DNA of 64,000 nt from Antedon mediterranea. Its lineage: Eukaryota; Animalia; Echinodermata. The stretch is taken from the NCBI RefSeq assembly GCF_964355755.1, contig NC_092679.1, positions 24,473,432 through 24,537,431 of the forward strand, read 5' to 3'. The position numbers and the translations under genes were made by a program. Under the pieces are notes generated by a model. That model worked only from the letters and a program-made list of their open reading frames with translations. It did not search any database and was not told the origin of the DNA. Below, piece after piece: positions 24,901 through 36,900 of this stretch. Position 1 is the stretch's first letter. Every line of letters starts with the position of its first letter.

Positions 24901-27900
24901 ACTAGTGCAAGAAACTGCTGAAAGGATCAATGATAATATGCAATAAAAAGAAAGAAACAGTTAGTTACACCATGCGTCAATGTCCATACAGCTTTTTTCT
25001 GAAATATTTTGAGAAGCTCTTATACATTTCCTAGGTATTGCTCTATTTTTAAATAGTTATACACCTACAAGTTTGTGAGGAGGAGAATACATTCATTTAG
25101 AAAATGAATTTGATTAACTCAAATTCATACATGTTATGATGTAAACATACACATCTACTCACATCTACTATTTGCTGCAAATAAAATAATAATGTAAAGT
25201 ACTGCATACATTGGTGTAGTTTAAAAATATCACTAAAATATACCTGAACAACCAAGAACTTCAAATCTTAAACTAATGTGATTATTCCAAGCTGTTGGGT
25301 GAATACGAATGTAACGAGCAATCACTGGTTTTAGAAACAGATTGGTAACTTGAGAATCAGGATTTGTGTTTCCAACAAATTCCTGAAATTTAAAAAATAT
25401 TACAGAAGTAGTTTATACATTTATACAACATTAAAATAACAAAAAAATGGAAAAACACTGTTGTTAATTAGCCTAGGTATCATTTTAGTATTTGGAAGCT
25501 ATTCTCGATAGCAAAACTGCTCCATATTTAAACTAATTCCATTCAAAATGATGCCAAATTTTTGAATAATTTGGTGACATACGGTAGGGCCGTTAAAAAG
25601 AGCAACTCACCATAGCAGTATCATTGGCTTCAACAATGTCTTCAAAGTTGATTCCATCGATACTGTACAACACTTCAAAAGCTGTAACCCATTGGTCATA
25701 TCCGCCTCCATTACGTCCTTGTGTAATCACTCCAGTCACCCTTTTAGAGCACCAATGTCAGCTTGTATCCATTGGTTTTGGTTATTTGATTGTGCAGCCC
25801 AAGCACCAATATTACCGTTCCTTGGAGTCATATTAAGTCTTCCATATGCAGGTCCGTGTTGCGCATTCCATTCCGTTGATGATGTGAGTGTAATTGTTAA
25901 GTCTTCTACTCCCAAAGGATCCGTACAGAACTTTGTTTTGGCTAATAATTGCACCATAGTATAATAAAAATGCATGGTTTCTTAAACATTAATAATAGCA
26001 ATATTCACATATTATAGTTAACTGTAAAGGTTTTTAACATAAAAGAATTTAAATATTCACATAAACATTTTCCAAAGTGATTTGCCTGTAAAATGGAGGT
26101 TTGTCAAAAAAATGATTTATGTATTTATAGTCAAAATGTGTTACAATTTAATTACCTGGGCAGCCAAGAATTTCAAACCTCATACTAATGTGATTGTTCC
26201 AAGTGATTGGATGGATTCTAATAAATCGTGCATGTATTTCAAATGGAAATACATTGGTAACTTGTGTATCTTTATCCATATTGCCAACAAACACCTACAA
26301 ATAAATAACCATATCCAATAAAATGCTACTAACCACACCAATCATCTTAAGCGTATTCTTGATTTGTAAACTATTTGTCTTACTTACCGTCGATGTTCCA
26401 ACGGTGGTCATAATTGTCTGCCAGTTAGAACCGTCCATGCCATACAAGACTTCATATGACTTAACCCATTGATCATAATTTCCATTACGTCCTTGAGTAA
26501 CTACACCAGTCACTACTTTCGCTTCATTAAGATCAACTTGAATCCACTGATTACGATCATTGGTTTTGGCTGCCCATGCACCAATTCCATCACTATTAGG
26601 TTCAATATTCAATCTACCACGACGAGCACCGTGTTGTGCATTGTATTCACTTGAAGCACGGATGTTTTCTGATGGAATTTCTGATGATTCTATTCCAAGT
26701 TTTGAACTAGTGCAAGAAACTGCTGAAAAGATCAATGATAATATGCAATAAAAAGAAAGAAACAGTTAGTTACACCATGCGTCAATGTCCATACAGGTTT
26801 TTTCTGAAATATTTTGAGAAGCTCTTATACATTTCCTAGGTATTGCTCTATTTTTAAATAGTTATACACCTACAAGTTTGTGAGGAAGAGAATACATTCA
26901 TTTAGAAAATTAATTTGATTAACTCAAATTCATACATGTTATGATGTAAACATCTACTATTTGCTGCAAATAACATAATAATGTAAAGTACTGCATACAT
27001 TGGTGTAGTTTAAAAATATCACTAAAATATACCTGAACAACCAAGAACTTCAAATCTTAAACTAATGTGATTATTCCAAGCTGTTGGGTGAATACGAATG
27101 TAACGAGCAATCACTGGTTTTAGAAACATATTGGTAACTTGAGAATCAGGATTTGTATTTCCAACAAATTCCTGAAATTTAAAAAATATTACAGAAGTAA
27201 TTTATACAAAATTAAAATACCCAAATAATGTTAAAGGAAAAACACGGTTGTTAATTAGCCTAGGTATCATTTTAGCTTTTGGAAGCTATTCTCGATAGGA
27301 AAACTGCACCATATATAAACTAATTCCATACAAAATGATGCCAAATTTTAAATAATTTGGTGACATACAATAGGGCCGTTAAAAAGAGTAACTCACCATA
27401 GGAGTATCATTGGCTTCAACAATGTCTTCAAAGTTGTTTCCATCGATACTGTACAACACTTCAAAAGCTGTAACCCATTGGTCATATCCGCCTCCATTAC
27501 GTCCTTGTGTAATCACTCCAGTCACCGTTTTTAGAGCACCAATGTCAGCTTGTATCCATTGGTTTTGGTTATTTGATTGTGCAGCCCAAGCACCAATATT
27601 ACCGTTCCTTGGAGTCATATTAAGCCTTCCATATGCAGGTCCGTGTTGCGCATTCCATTTCGTTGATGATGTAAGTGTAATTGTTCCGTCTTCTACTCCC
27701 AAAGGATCCGTACAGAACTTTGTTTTGGCTAATAATTGTACCATAGTATAATAAAAATGAATGTTTTCTTAAACATTAATAATATCAATATTCACATATT
27801 ATAGTTAACTGTAAAGGTTTTTAACATAAAAGAATTTAAATATTCACATAAACATTTTCCAAAGTGATTTGCCTGTAAAATCGAGGTTTGTCAAAAAAAT

Positions 27901-29551
27901 GATTTATGTATTTATAGTCATAATGTGTTACAATTTATTTACCTTGGCAGCCAAGAATTTCAAACCTCATGCTAATGTGATTGTTCCAAGTGATTGGATG
28001 GATTCTAATAAATCGTGCATGTATTTCAAATGGAAATACATTGGTAACTTGTGTATCTTTATCTGTATTGCCAACAAACACCTACAAATAAATAACCATA
28101 TCCAATAAAATGCTACTAACCACACCAATCATCTTAAGCGTATTCTTGATTTGTAAACTATTTGTCTTACTTACTGTCGATGTTCCAACAGTGGTCATAA
28201 TTGTCTGCCAGTTAGAACCGTCCATGCCATACAAGACTTCATATGACTTAACCCATTGATCATAATTTCCATTACGTCCTTGAGTAACTACACCAGTCAC
28301 TACTTTCACTTCATTAAGATCAACTTGAATCCACTGATTACGATCATTGGTTTTGGCTGCCCATGCACCAATTCCATCACTATTAGGTTCAATATTTAAT
28401 CTACTACGACGAGCACCGTGTTGTGCATTGTATTCACTTGAAGCACGGATGTTTTCCGATGGAATTTCTGATGATTCTATGCCAAGTTTTGAACCAGTGC
28501 AAGAAACTGATGAAAGGATCAATGATAATATGCAATAAAAAGAAAGAAACAGTTAATTACACCATGCGTGCATAATTCAGGTTCCCTTGTCAATGTCCAT
28601 CAGGTTTTTTCTGGAATAATTTGAGAGGCTCTTATAAATTTCCTAGGTATTGCTATATTTTTAAATAGTTATACACCTACAAGTTTGTGAGGAAGAGAAT
28701 ACAATCATTTTAGAAAATGAATTTGATTAACTCAAATTCATACATGTTATGATGTAAACATACACATCTACTCACATCTACTATTTGCTGCAAATAACAT
28801 AATAATGTAAAGTACTGCATACATTGGTGTAGTTTAAAAATATCACTAAAATATACCTGAACAACCAAGAACTTCAAATCTTAAACTAATGTGATTATTC
28901 CAAGCTGTTGGGTGAATACGAATGTAACGAGCAATCACTGGTTTTGGAAACAGATTGGTAACTTGAGAATCAGGATTTGTGTTTCCAACAAATTCCTGAA
29001 ATTTAAAAAATATTACAGAAGTAATTTATACAAAATTAAAATACCCAAAATATGTTAAAGGAAAAACACTGTTGTTAATTAGCCTAGGTATCATTTTAGC
29101 TTTTGGAAGCTATTCTCGATAGGAAAACTGCACCATATATAAACTAATTCCATACAAAATGATGCCAAATTTTGAATAATTTGGTGACATACAGTAGGGC
29201 CGTTAAAAAGAGCAACTCACCATAGCAGTATCAATTGCTTCAACAATGCCTTTAAAGTTGTTTCCATCGATACTGTACAACACTTCAAAAGCTGTAACCC
29301 ATTGGTCATATCCGCCTCCATTACGTCCTTGTGTAATCACTCCAGTCACCCTTTTAGAGCACCAATGTCAGCTTGTATCCATTGGTTTTGGTTATTTGAT
29401 TGTGCAGCCCAAGCACCAATATTACCGTTCCTTGGAGTCATATTAAGTCTTCCATATGCAGGTCCGTGTTGCGCATTCCATTCCGTTGATGATGTAAGTG
29501 TAATTGTTCCGTCTTCTACTCCCAAAGGATTCGTACAGAACTCTGTTCCAG
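21942..29551 (-). CDS. Eight FA58C/discoidin domains in four ~1.8-kb tandem units (type B + type A, each split over two exons)
   Basis: B4 29221-29551/28857-28995; A4 28175-28506/27943-28081; B3 27397-27728/27033-27171; A3 26388-26722/26156-26294; B2 25611-25941/25244-25382; A2 24583-24917/24346-24484; B1 23201-23532/22834-22972; A1 22179-22513/21942-22080. Motifs AW...QWIQVDL...GVVTQGR...WV and IRIHP..W..HISLRFEVLGC. Confidence 0.9.
23629..24223. mobile_element. 595-bp TTAA-site insertion (Kolobok-like non-autonomous element)
   Basis: TTAA at both ends (23625-23628 and 24224-24227), imperfect AG...CT TIRs; the empty site aaggtttttaacataaaag is present in sister units (~26027 and ~27814). 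Confidence 0.8.
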
Positions 29552-30521
29552 CTAATTATTAATAATTGTATCATAGTAAAATCGAAATTAATGTATCATA
29601 CAATTGATAAGATTTTAAGGAAGTTTTGGATTTTGAAAAAAGTGGACGAATTAATAACAGTTCAAACATTATGTTGCAGTTTTTTAATTTTGCGTTTACG
29701 TTTATTTGAAAATAAGCATATGTACTAAAATACAATAGATAGCTGTTAACATTAGGTGTGCATTCCATCTAAGATCTCTAAGTATCTCTAGTGGAGAAAT
29801 AAGTTACGGTAAGAAAATCAAAATTTAAATTATATTTTATAGGCCTATTAACGGTTGCATAATCCTGCTACAGCTTATTTGACAATTACGTGACAATTAG
29901 ATTAGACAATTAATTAGAGAAGGTAAGGATGGTGGAACTTAACATAATTACTTTAACATACAGTAAAAAGAGTCAAAATTGGAAAAATGTACTGTTTGAA
30001 TACTAAAGCTTCTCATTGGTGGTGCAATGCATCATGGATTAATCCATGAACGCGATGACGTAGCCGCAACTCAAGTGAGTTGACCAATGACAAGCGACAG
30101 TTCGAATAATCCATCGTTTGTGATTGGTCAAATCATTAAGCTATTTAGTGGCTTGTAGCGTTTTAATTAATTTTATCCAAGCTATGACATTTTAAATGTA
30201 TGTGAGTGTGGGGACGGGAAATAACTTGTCAATTGCAGCTTAACTGGGCGGCACATACAATAACTTTCTTCTCTCCCTCAGGGTCCCTTCGTGCCGAGTG
30301 CTACCACCAAACGAAAATGGACCAGAACACCATGGTAACCCTCTGCTCTTCCGAATATAGTTATGTCTACAACATTCAATGGACGGTTATAATTAACGGT
30401 GAGTAGTTATGGCCAATATAGATTCCGACTAAAATTCAAACTTATGGTGCCGACGGCAAATAACTGAATATCTCTACAAAATTGTACGACGTATATTATC
30501 TATATTATATAGGTCAAGTAA

Positions 30522-30613
30522 TGATCCTTACTTCCTCTACGTGATTTCCAGTAAAGGGTTATTATGTATTATAATGACCCTTACTGGAAATCACGTAGAC
30601 GAAATAAGGATCA
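30522..30613. repeat. Near-perfect ~92-nt hairpin (short MITE or pre-miRNA-like)
   Basis: tgatccttacttcctctacgtgatttccagtaaagggttattat-gtatt-ataatgacccttactggaaatcacgtagacgaaataaggatca. Confidence 0.7.
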
Positions 30614-31384
30614 AGTAGCGATTTGTGGAAGAATGGTGTCAAGTTTCTCGGTCTTCTCTGTGTTTTGTTGCAGCAGAAGTTTTATCAAACCATGGAGGTA
30701 TGCAATGCCTCCATTACCAAACCTAATATAATAATACAAAGCCTACATTTGATCGACGAATCGTCCGATTGAGTAATAATATATATTGTCTATTATTTCA
30801 TGGAGGTAAACCAAATGTTCTAATAGGAGCAAAACTCAATACACTTCTATGCTAACTATAAATTATTACTACCGTTGTACAATGGAGAAAACCTTTATTA
30901 TTTATATGTTTGTGTTATGATTGAGAAAAATACATTAAAACAAAATTACGAACGCCATATATTATAATATTTTGTGGAAGTGGCCTCTACAATTAATATA
31001 TTTGTTATATAGCCTGGTTAGTTTTGATGTAGGCCTACAGCTAAGAACTATAACTTATCCGACGTTCGAAAGATCTCTATAATTATTGGCCTATCTTAAA
31101 ATAGCAAATGCCAAACAAGACATCGAACAACGCATGGCATTGACATAGGCATAAATAATTTAGAAAATTGTAACTTACCTATACTCATACCCATTATTAA
31201 AGGCATAATTAGCAGAAGAAAACAACCGAACCCCGCCATTCTGTCGAAGATACGGAAATACTCCTATCCTTTTACCATACCGGCATATAAACAAACGCAA
31301 TTTCCGGCAAATTCAATACGTTCCCAGAAAGTTATAGGCCTATAAATTACGCGATTGTGTGAGTGTCAGTTATTTATTTATTTA

Positions 31385-32240
31385 TTATGAATATATAAAT
31401 CGAAAGTCAAATTACTAAACCAAATGACAATGCTTTGGCTGAATCTCAATGGAGATGCAAAATAAAATAAGCAAAAAGCTAAATTAAAACAATAAATGAT
31501 TTTGATAGAGACTTTGATAGACTTTGATAGAGACTTTGATAGACTTTGAAAGAGACTTTGATGATGACTGTCGTACTGAAACTTGTACACCTGATGGCGA
31601 TGCTGACACTGTGCCCATTGATGGTTGCATTGATGGTTGCATTGATAGAGATAGAGATGGTGATTATGATAATGACAACGATGCCGAACTTAAGTTGCTA
31701 TCCGATGATTCGTCACTTCCTCTGATGCAAAAAATAAGCAATGCTGTCCAAATCTTTCTAAATACTTCTTCTTTCTTGCTGGGGTACATCATCTTTTTGA
31801 CATCTATTTAACTAACAAAAACAAAATAAAATTTAGTTCCGATATTTCGAGTATTTAATTTTGGTTAAGTCATGCTGGCTAAAATATATAATCCCCGGGC
31901 AACCATAATTCAAGCAAATAAATACTAAAACAAATAGTTTATGTATATTTATATTCGATAACAAATAGCATTATTAAACCAACTATTACATATTGCACTT
32001 AATATGTTTAACATTGCATCATAAAAATTTAAATCATAATCTTTCCCTTAAACTATTTCTGTGGCCCGGATATAATAACAATTTAAATGTATGCATATAT
32101 ATTTATTTATCTGGCTGTTTTACTTTATCGTTTTGATTTAGCTTTTCGCTTTTTGTTTGTATCTCCATTGAAATCCAGCCACTGATACCCACAGCATTGT
32201 CATTTTTTCAGTATTTTGCCTTTGCATTTATATTTATAAA
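31385..32240. mobile_element. Old TIR element with ~110-bp degenerate inverted ends
   Basis: aatgacaatgct...caatggagatgcaaa...gcaaaaagctaaattaaaacaataaa (~31417-31497) is inverted at ~32123-32205; the interior is low-complexity. Confidence 0.55.
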
Positions 32241-33924
32241 TGTATATATTATGAAATCAAATAACTACTACCTAGTATACTAACTGATATATATGAATAA
32301 CATTTTAAAAACTTTTAATTTTCTTTTAATTTTCTAAATTATCTAATTATTATAAATAACAAATTGACTTAAAATACAAAAATAGTATATAAACTCAAAA
32401 TTTATCCCAAACGACACTTAGGCCTAAACAATAATATTTAATTTGTGCAAACTAATTTATTTGCTGGATTTAGGTTTTAAGTTATGCTTGGATTAAACAA
32501 TGATATTTAAAATGATTTTAATTTTTTTTTATCCGTTTTCAAAAAATATTTTACACATATCAACTTGTCAACATAAGTGTATTTTCCAATTAGCCAGAAG
32601 TTGATATTATTATTATTAAATGCTTTATAACTAACAAAGAACTGGTGTTGAACTAGTAAATATCTTGACAGGTGAAATAATTACTGCAAGGTGAACTAAA
32701 TTTAAGATGGATTAAAATTATGAAAACTTAATTTACCATTTAGAAACTAAATACAAAAAGGTGACACTAAAAATATAACTTATTAAACACATTTTTTTTT
32801 ATTAATTAGATTTATTCACGAAAAGTGGAGAAAACCCAAACTTCTCTTTTATTCACGAAAAGTGGAGAAAACCCAAACTTCTCTCAGGAATAGGCCGATG
32901 ATTAGATAGTAAGCATCCAATTCTTACAACCAAAATGAATCTACTTAGCAGCTAGACAAATCATAATGTTGTTATTAAAATTATTGTTATACTACTAGCA
33001 TCAATATTTAAAACAAAATTTCTATTATTAATCTTGTAATCAAGTAAAATTAGATACCTCTATTTTATCTTTAATGCATACTTGTGTTTACAAACAACTC
33101 TATTTTTATTTATAATGCATACTCATGTTTACTAATACCTCTATTTTTATTTTGGCATACACTAGCTTGTTATAATTGCTCCTTAAATTATGAAAATGGA
33201 ATATCAATAATCATTGAATTATTTCTAGTTTTTTATTTTAACTCACTTTCACTAACACACCGTTATTTTAAGCAAATAACTGAAATGAAAACAAATCTAG
33301 TTTTTAATTAAATATAGTTTTTTAAGCAACACTCTAATTGACAACATATTGAATGATGTATCATTTTGTAGAGGCCAAATCTTTACAGTTATACATGAAA
33401 ACTAACCCAAGTAAACCTTTTAGCAATTAAATATCATTATAATGTGATCTCTGAAGTTACTAAAGATGTATTTTCCCAAAAAAATATGAAAAATGAAGAT
33501 TAATTAAATAAGAATTTGGATAGGTTATTTTGTAGTTTTAATAAGTTAATCACCTCAGCAGAAAAAAAAATGGGAAAAACAATGTTTTCACTTATAAAAT
33601 GAAAAAATAAATGGTTAAATTCAACCAAAAACCCATTTCTAGCAGCCAATTTGACTATATTTGCTTTAAATTACAGTTTTTTTCAGATAAATTTCTTTTC
33701 GATCCAATTTTTGGTCAAATTGGATAACTAGTATGCGACATTAAAATGGCATATTCAAACAAAAATTTTGAACAAATTATTTTTTCAGGGGTAAAATATA
33801 TCTTTAAATCAAAATCAATTTTAAATTAAATATCTCATGCTGAAAATGCCTGGGTCATTAAAACAACAGTTTAAATGATGAGAGAATTAGAAGCGTGCAT
33901 AGTATTGACAGATTTTCACAATAA

Positions 33925-36900
33925 TCATTTGCTGATGGTTTTTAACTCTTCCTTGGTACGCAAATAGCCTGGGTATAAATGGTAAAGAACGAATAGTGTG
34001 ACATCTAGAGAACTCCAGTATGATGTATGAGATGTTAATGCTGAGATATATCCATTACTGAAATTACTCTCTTTTAGTTCAAAATCAAGACGATGCTCTA
34101 ATTCTGTCACAAGAAAAAAAAAGCTAAATTAATGGCGCCCTTCAACACATTTTGTTTTTTTCACATTACATTTCTATTTTTACTTTTGCATAGTAGAGAA
34201 AAGAAATACCAAAATTGAATAAATACAGATTAAATGTTATCATATGGTATATTTGACTGGTTGCTATGAACTGCTTGAAAAAAATATCTATGCACTACGC
34301 AAATAGAAATGAGGAGACTGGTTGAATAAGCATATATAAATTGGGCCTGTTTCTTATGATTGAAAGAATGGAATAAAACATCATTTAACAGAAAAGGAAT
34401 TATCACTTAAATTGTGCTGCTAATGGAAGCTTTTCAACAGACATTTATAATTTTTAGTGTGCCCATTTAACGTGTGTCAAGTTTTTAATTGTATAAAAAG
34501 CTGTTGTGTCAATATTGCAATTTGATACAAAGTAGTTCTTTAGTGAAGGTAATATGTTTATAGAAAGCAAGGCATGTAGCGGCAGTGTGTTAGACCTACC
34601 AACATGATCAAACTCATGATCATCATCTTGGGGTGATTCCACAATAGGATGTGCTGGTTCCATATTTTCAATTCTCATTAATACTTTCTCTAGATCTTCT
34701 AAAGCTTCCCTTTCTGCATGTTTCTCATCAGGCTTTGCCCATCTTGCCATGATGTTACCAATTCCTCCTAAAGAATACACAAAATGATGGTTAAACAAAA
34801 AACAGGAAAGATACTATAATGATGAAATTTGTCTGATGAGATGAGAATGAGTGATGTAGAATGAAGTAGGAAGATAAAGGATGTTGATGAACTTTGTTTG
34901 ATGAGATGAGAATGAGAGATGTAGAATGAAGTAGGAAGATAATGGATGTTGATGAACCTTGTCTGATGAGATGAGATGAGAATGAGTGATGTAGAATGAA
35001 GTAGGAAGATACAGGATGTTGAACTTTGTCTGATGAGATGAGAATGAGAGATGTAGAATGAAGTAGGAAGATAAAGGATGTTGATGAACCTTGTCTGATG
35101 AGATGAGAATGAGTGATGTAGAATGAAGTAGGAAGATACAGGATGTTGATGAACTTTGTCTGATGAGATGAGAATGAGTGATGTAGAATGAAGTAGGAAG
35201 ATACAGGATGTTGATGAACTTTGTCTGATGAGATGAGAATGAGTGATGTAGAATGAAGTAGGAAGATACAGGATGTTGATGAACTTTGTCTGATGAGATG
35301 AGAATGAGTGATGTAGAATGAAGTAGGAAGATACAGGAAGATGATCTATCCCGAACATGAAAATGAGTGGTGATGAACTTTACCTGATAAAGTGTCCGAT
35401 AAATGAGATGAGAATGAGTAGTTTGTAGATGAAGCAGGTGGGGATTGAGGAATAAATGGAGGTTCCATCTGACTTTCACTCCGACCATCCAATGAAGATG
35501 ATTCTATGTATACCGAAACAAAATAAGTGTATCAAGCTAGTGTCATTACAAACTACTAGTAGTATTCTTAGTTAGACTTCAGGGTGCAATGAAGTGCAAT
35601 TGTACTGCAATTAAAAACACTATCACAAAATAATATAACATACCAATAATCAAACCAAATATACCCACCCTATTTTGATACCTCATTAACAACAACCCAG
35701 TACATATTCAGGTTATGTTAATATCCCATTATGGAGAATGTATATGCTATACACTTTTATTTTTATTTTAAATATTGATTTGTATAATCAAATTCTGAAT
35801 TGAATAAAACCATGCAGAAATGCACCTGAAGATGAGCTTCGGCGAGATGATGTCTCAGACATACTAGACTTTGGCGACATCTCTTTGCCACCATCCTTCA
35901 ACACCTTTGGGTAGACTTTAGATTTAATGAGATCATATGCAACTTGCTTAGAGCTTTCCCAACGATGTATTTGAAGAGGCATAATACTGCTGTAGTGTTT
36001 GAGTAACAGAGGTTCTATTCGATATGCCTACAATATAACAAATATAGAAACACTTATGAAATAATAGTTACTTGGGAAACCTTGCACTGTCTTATGGGTA
36101 AAATAATACAAATCGCACCATGCTTTATAGCTGGTTCAATAATGCCACTATTTTATGTGAGTTAACTATATGAATGACTTACCACTGGATCTGATGGGTG
36201 GTATATATTGAACAGCCTTTTGCAAGCTCTATGTGGCAAGATATGGTCTATTGATCCGTTGCCTTGAGGACGTATACCTCGCATTCCAAGAAACACCGAT
36301 AGAGGTGATCCAACACAAAATAAATTTTCAACCTTAAAATCAAATTGTAGAAGATAATTAAAAAGATTTCACAGAGCTGTGAGATAGTATACATCTCTAT
36401 GTGTTGTTGCATTATCTTTGACTAGGGCGAAAGTCCAATCAATCAGAATTGGGTCGAGATAACATGAACATGCAGCCAGAGTCTGAACCACAACGGTTAA
36501 GAGCCAGTGTCGAAATGGCTATCGGAACAGAAGCAGGTATGAAGGACGCTTTAGACCTCCTTTTGATCTTACAAATCATGGCCTTCATTTATAAAAAAAG
36601 AAATTATATAACTGAAAATATATAGAAAAATTCAGTATTATTACCTTGAAAATAAGCTTTGGTGCATTCTCATCTGCAGCAATCTGATTGGTTGCAAGGA
36701 GCTTTTCTTCAAGTTCCACAACTCTAGATTTCAACAGTGTAATTTAATGCATGCATTCAGATTACAAATTACTACTACTCTACAGTATATTTATTACAAA
36801 ATGTTTGTATTTTATAAAGACTTTGTTTATGTAGACCATCTTGTGTATTGTATATGTTTGTCTTGTGAACGGGATTGCCACGTTTAAGAAGGATAGTGAA

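Larger units (their letters stand above)
17670..31239 (-). pseudogene. Secreted mosaic trypsin-like serine protease: signal peptide-(FA58C/discoidin)x8-CCP-CCP-trypsin; disrupted in this assembly
   Basis: Signal exon 31179-31239 (MAGFGCFLLLIMPLIMGMSI, phase-1 GTAAGT); 16 discoidin half-exons in 21942-29551; exon 20101-20758 (2 CCP, activation site R|IYGG, TAAHC); exon 18358-19219 (DIALIKL); exon 17670-17854 ([10 protein letters not shown]...GVYTRV, TAA). Frameshifts at ~29352, ~25742 and ~20546, plus an in-frame 9x repeat. Confidence 0.8.

Noticed and set aside
31524-31811. 95-aa Asp-rich ORF
   Set aside because: Low-complexity short repeats inside a decayed TIR element; no domain or splice support.
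18617-35340. Two arrays share a 63-bp period (protease exon and DDHD1 intron)
   Set aside because: The units are unrelated in sequence and each resembles its own local context; treated as coincidence.
34768-35488. 196- and 224-aa His/Ser-rich ORFs
   Set aside because: Translations of the intronic 63-bp minisatellite; the real exon 35384-35503 is in another frame.
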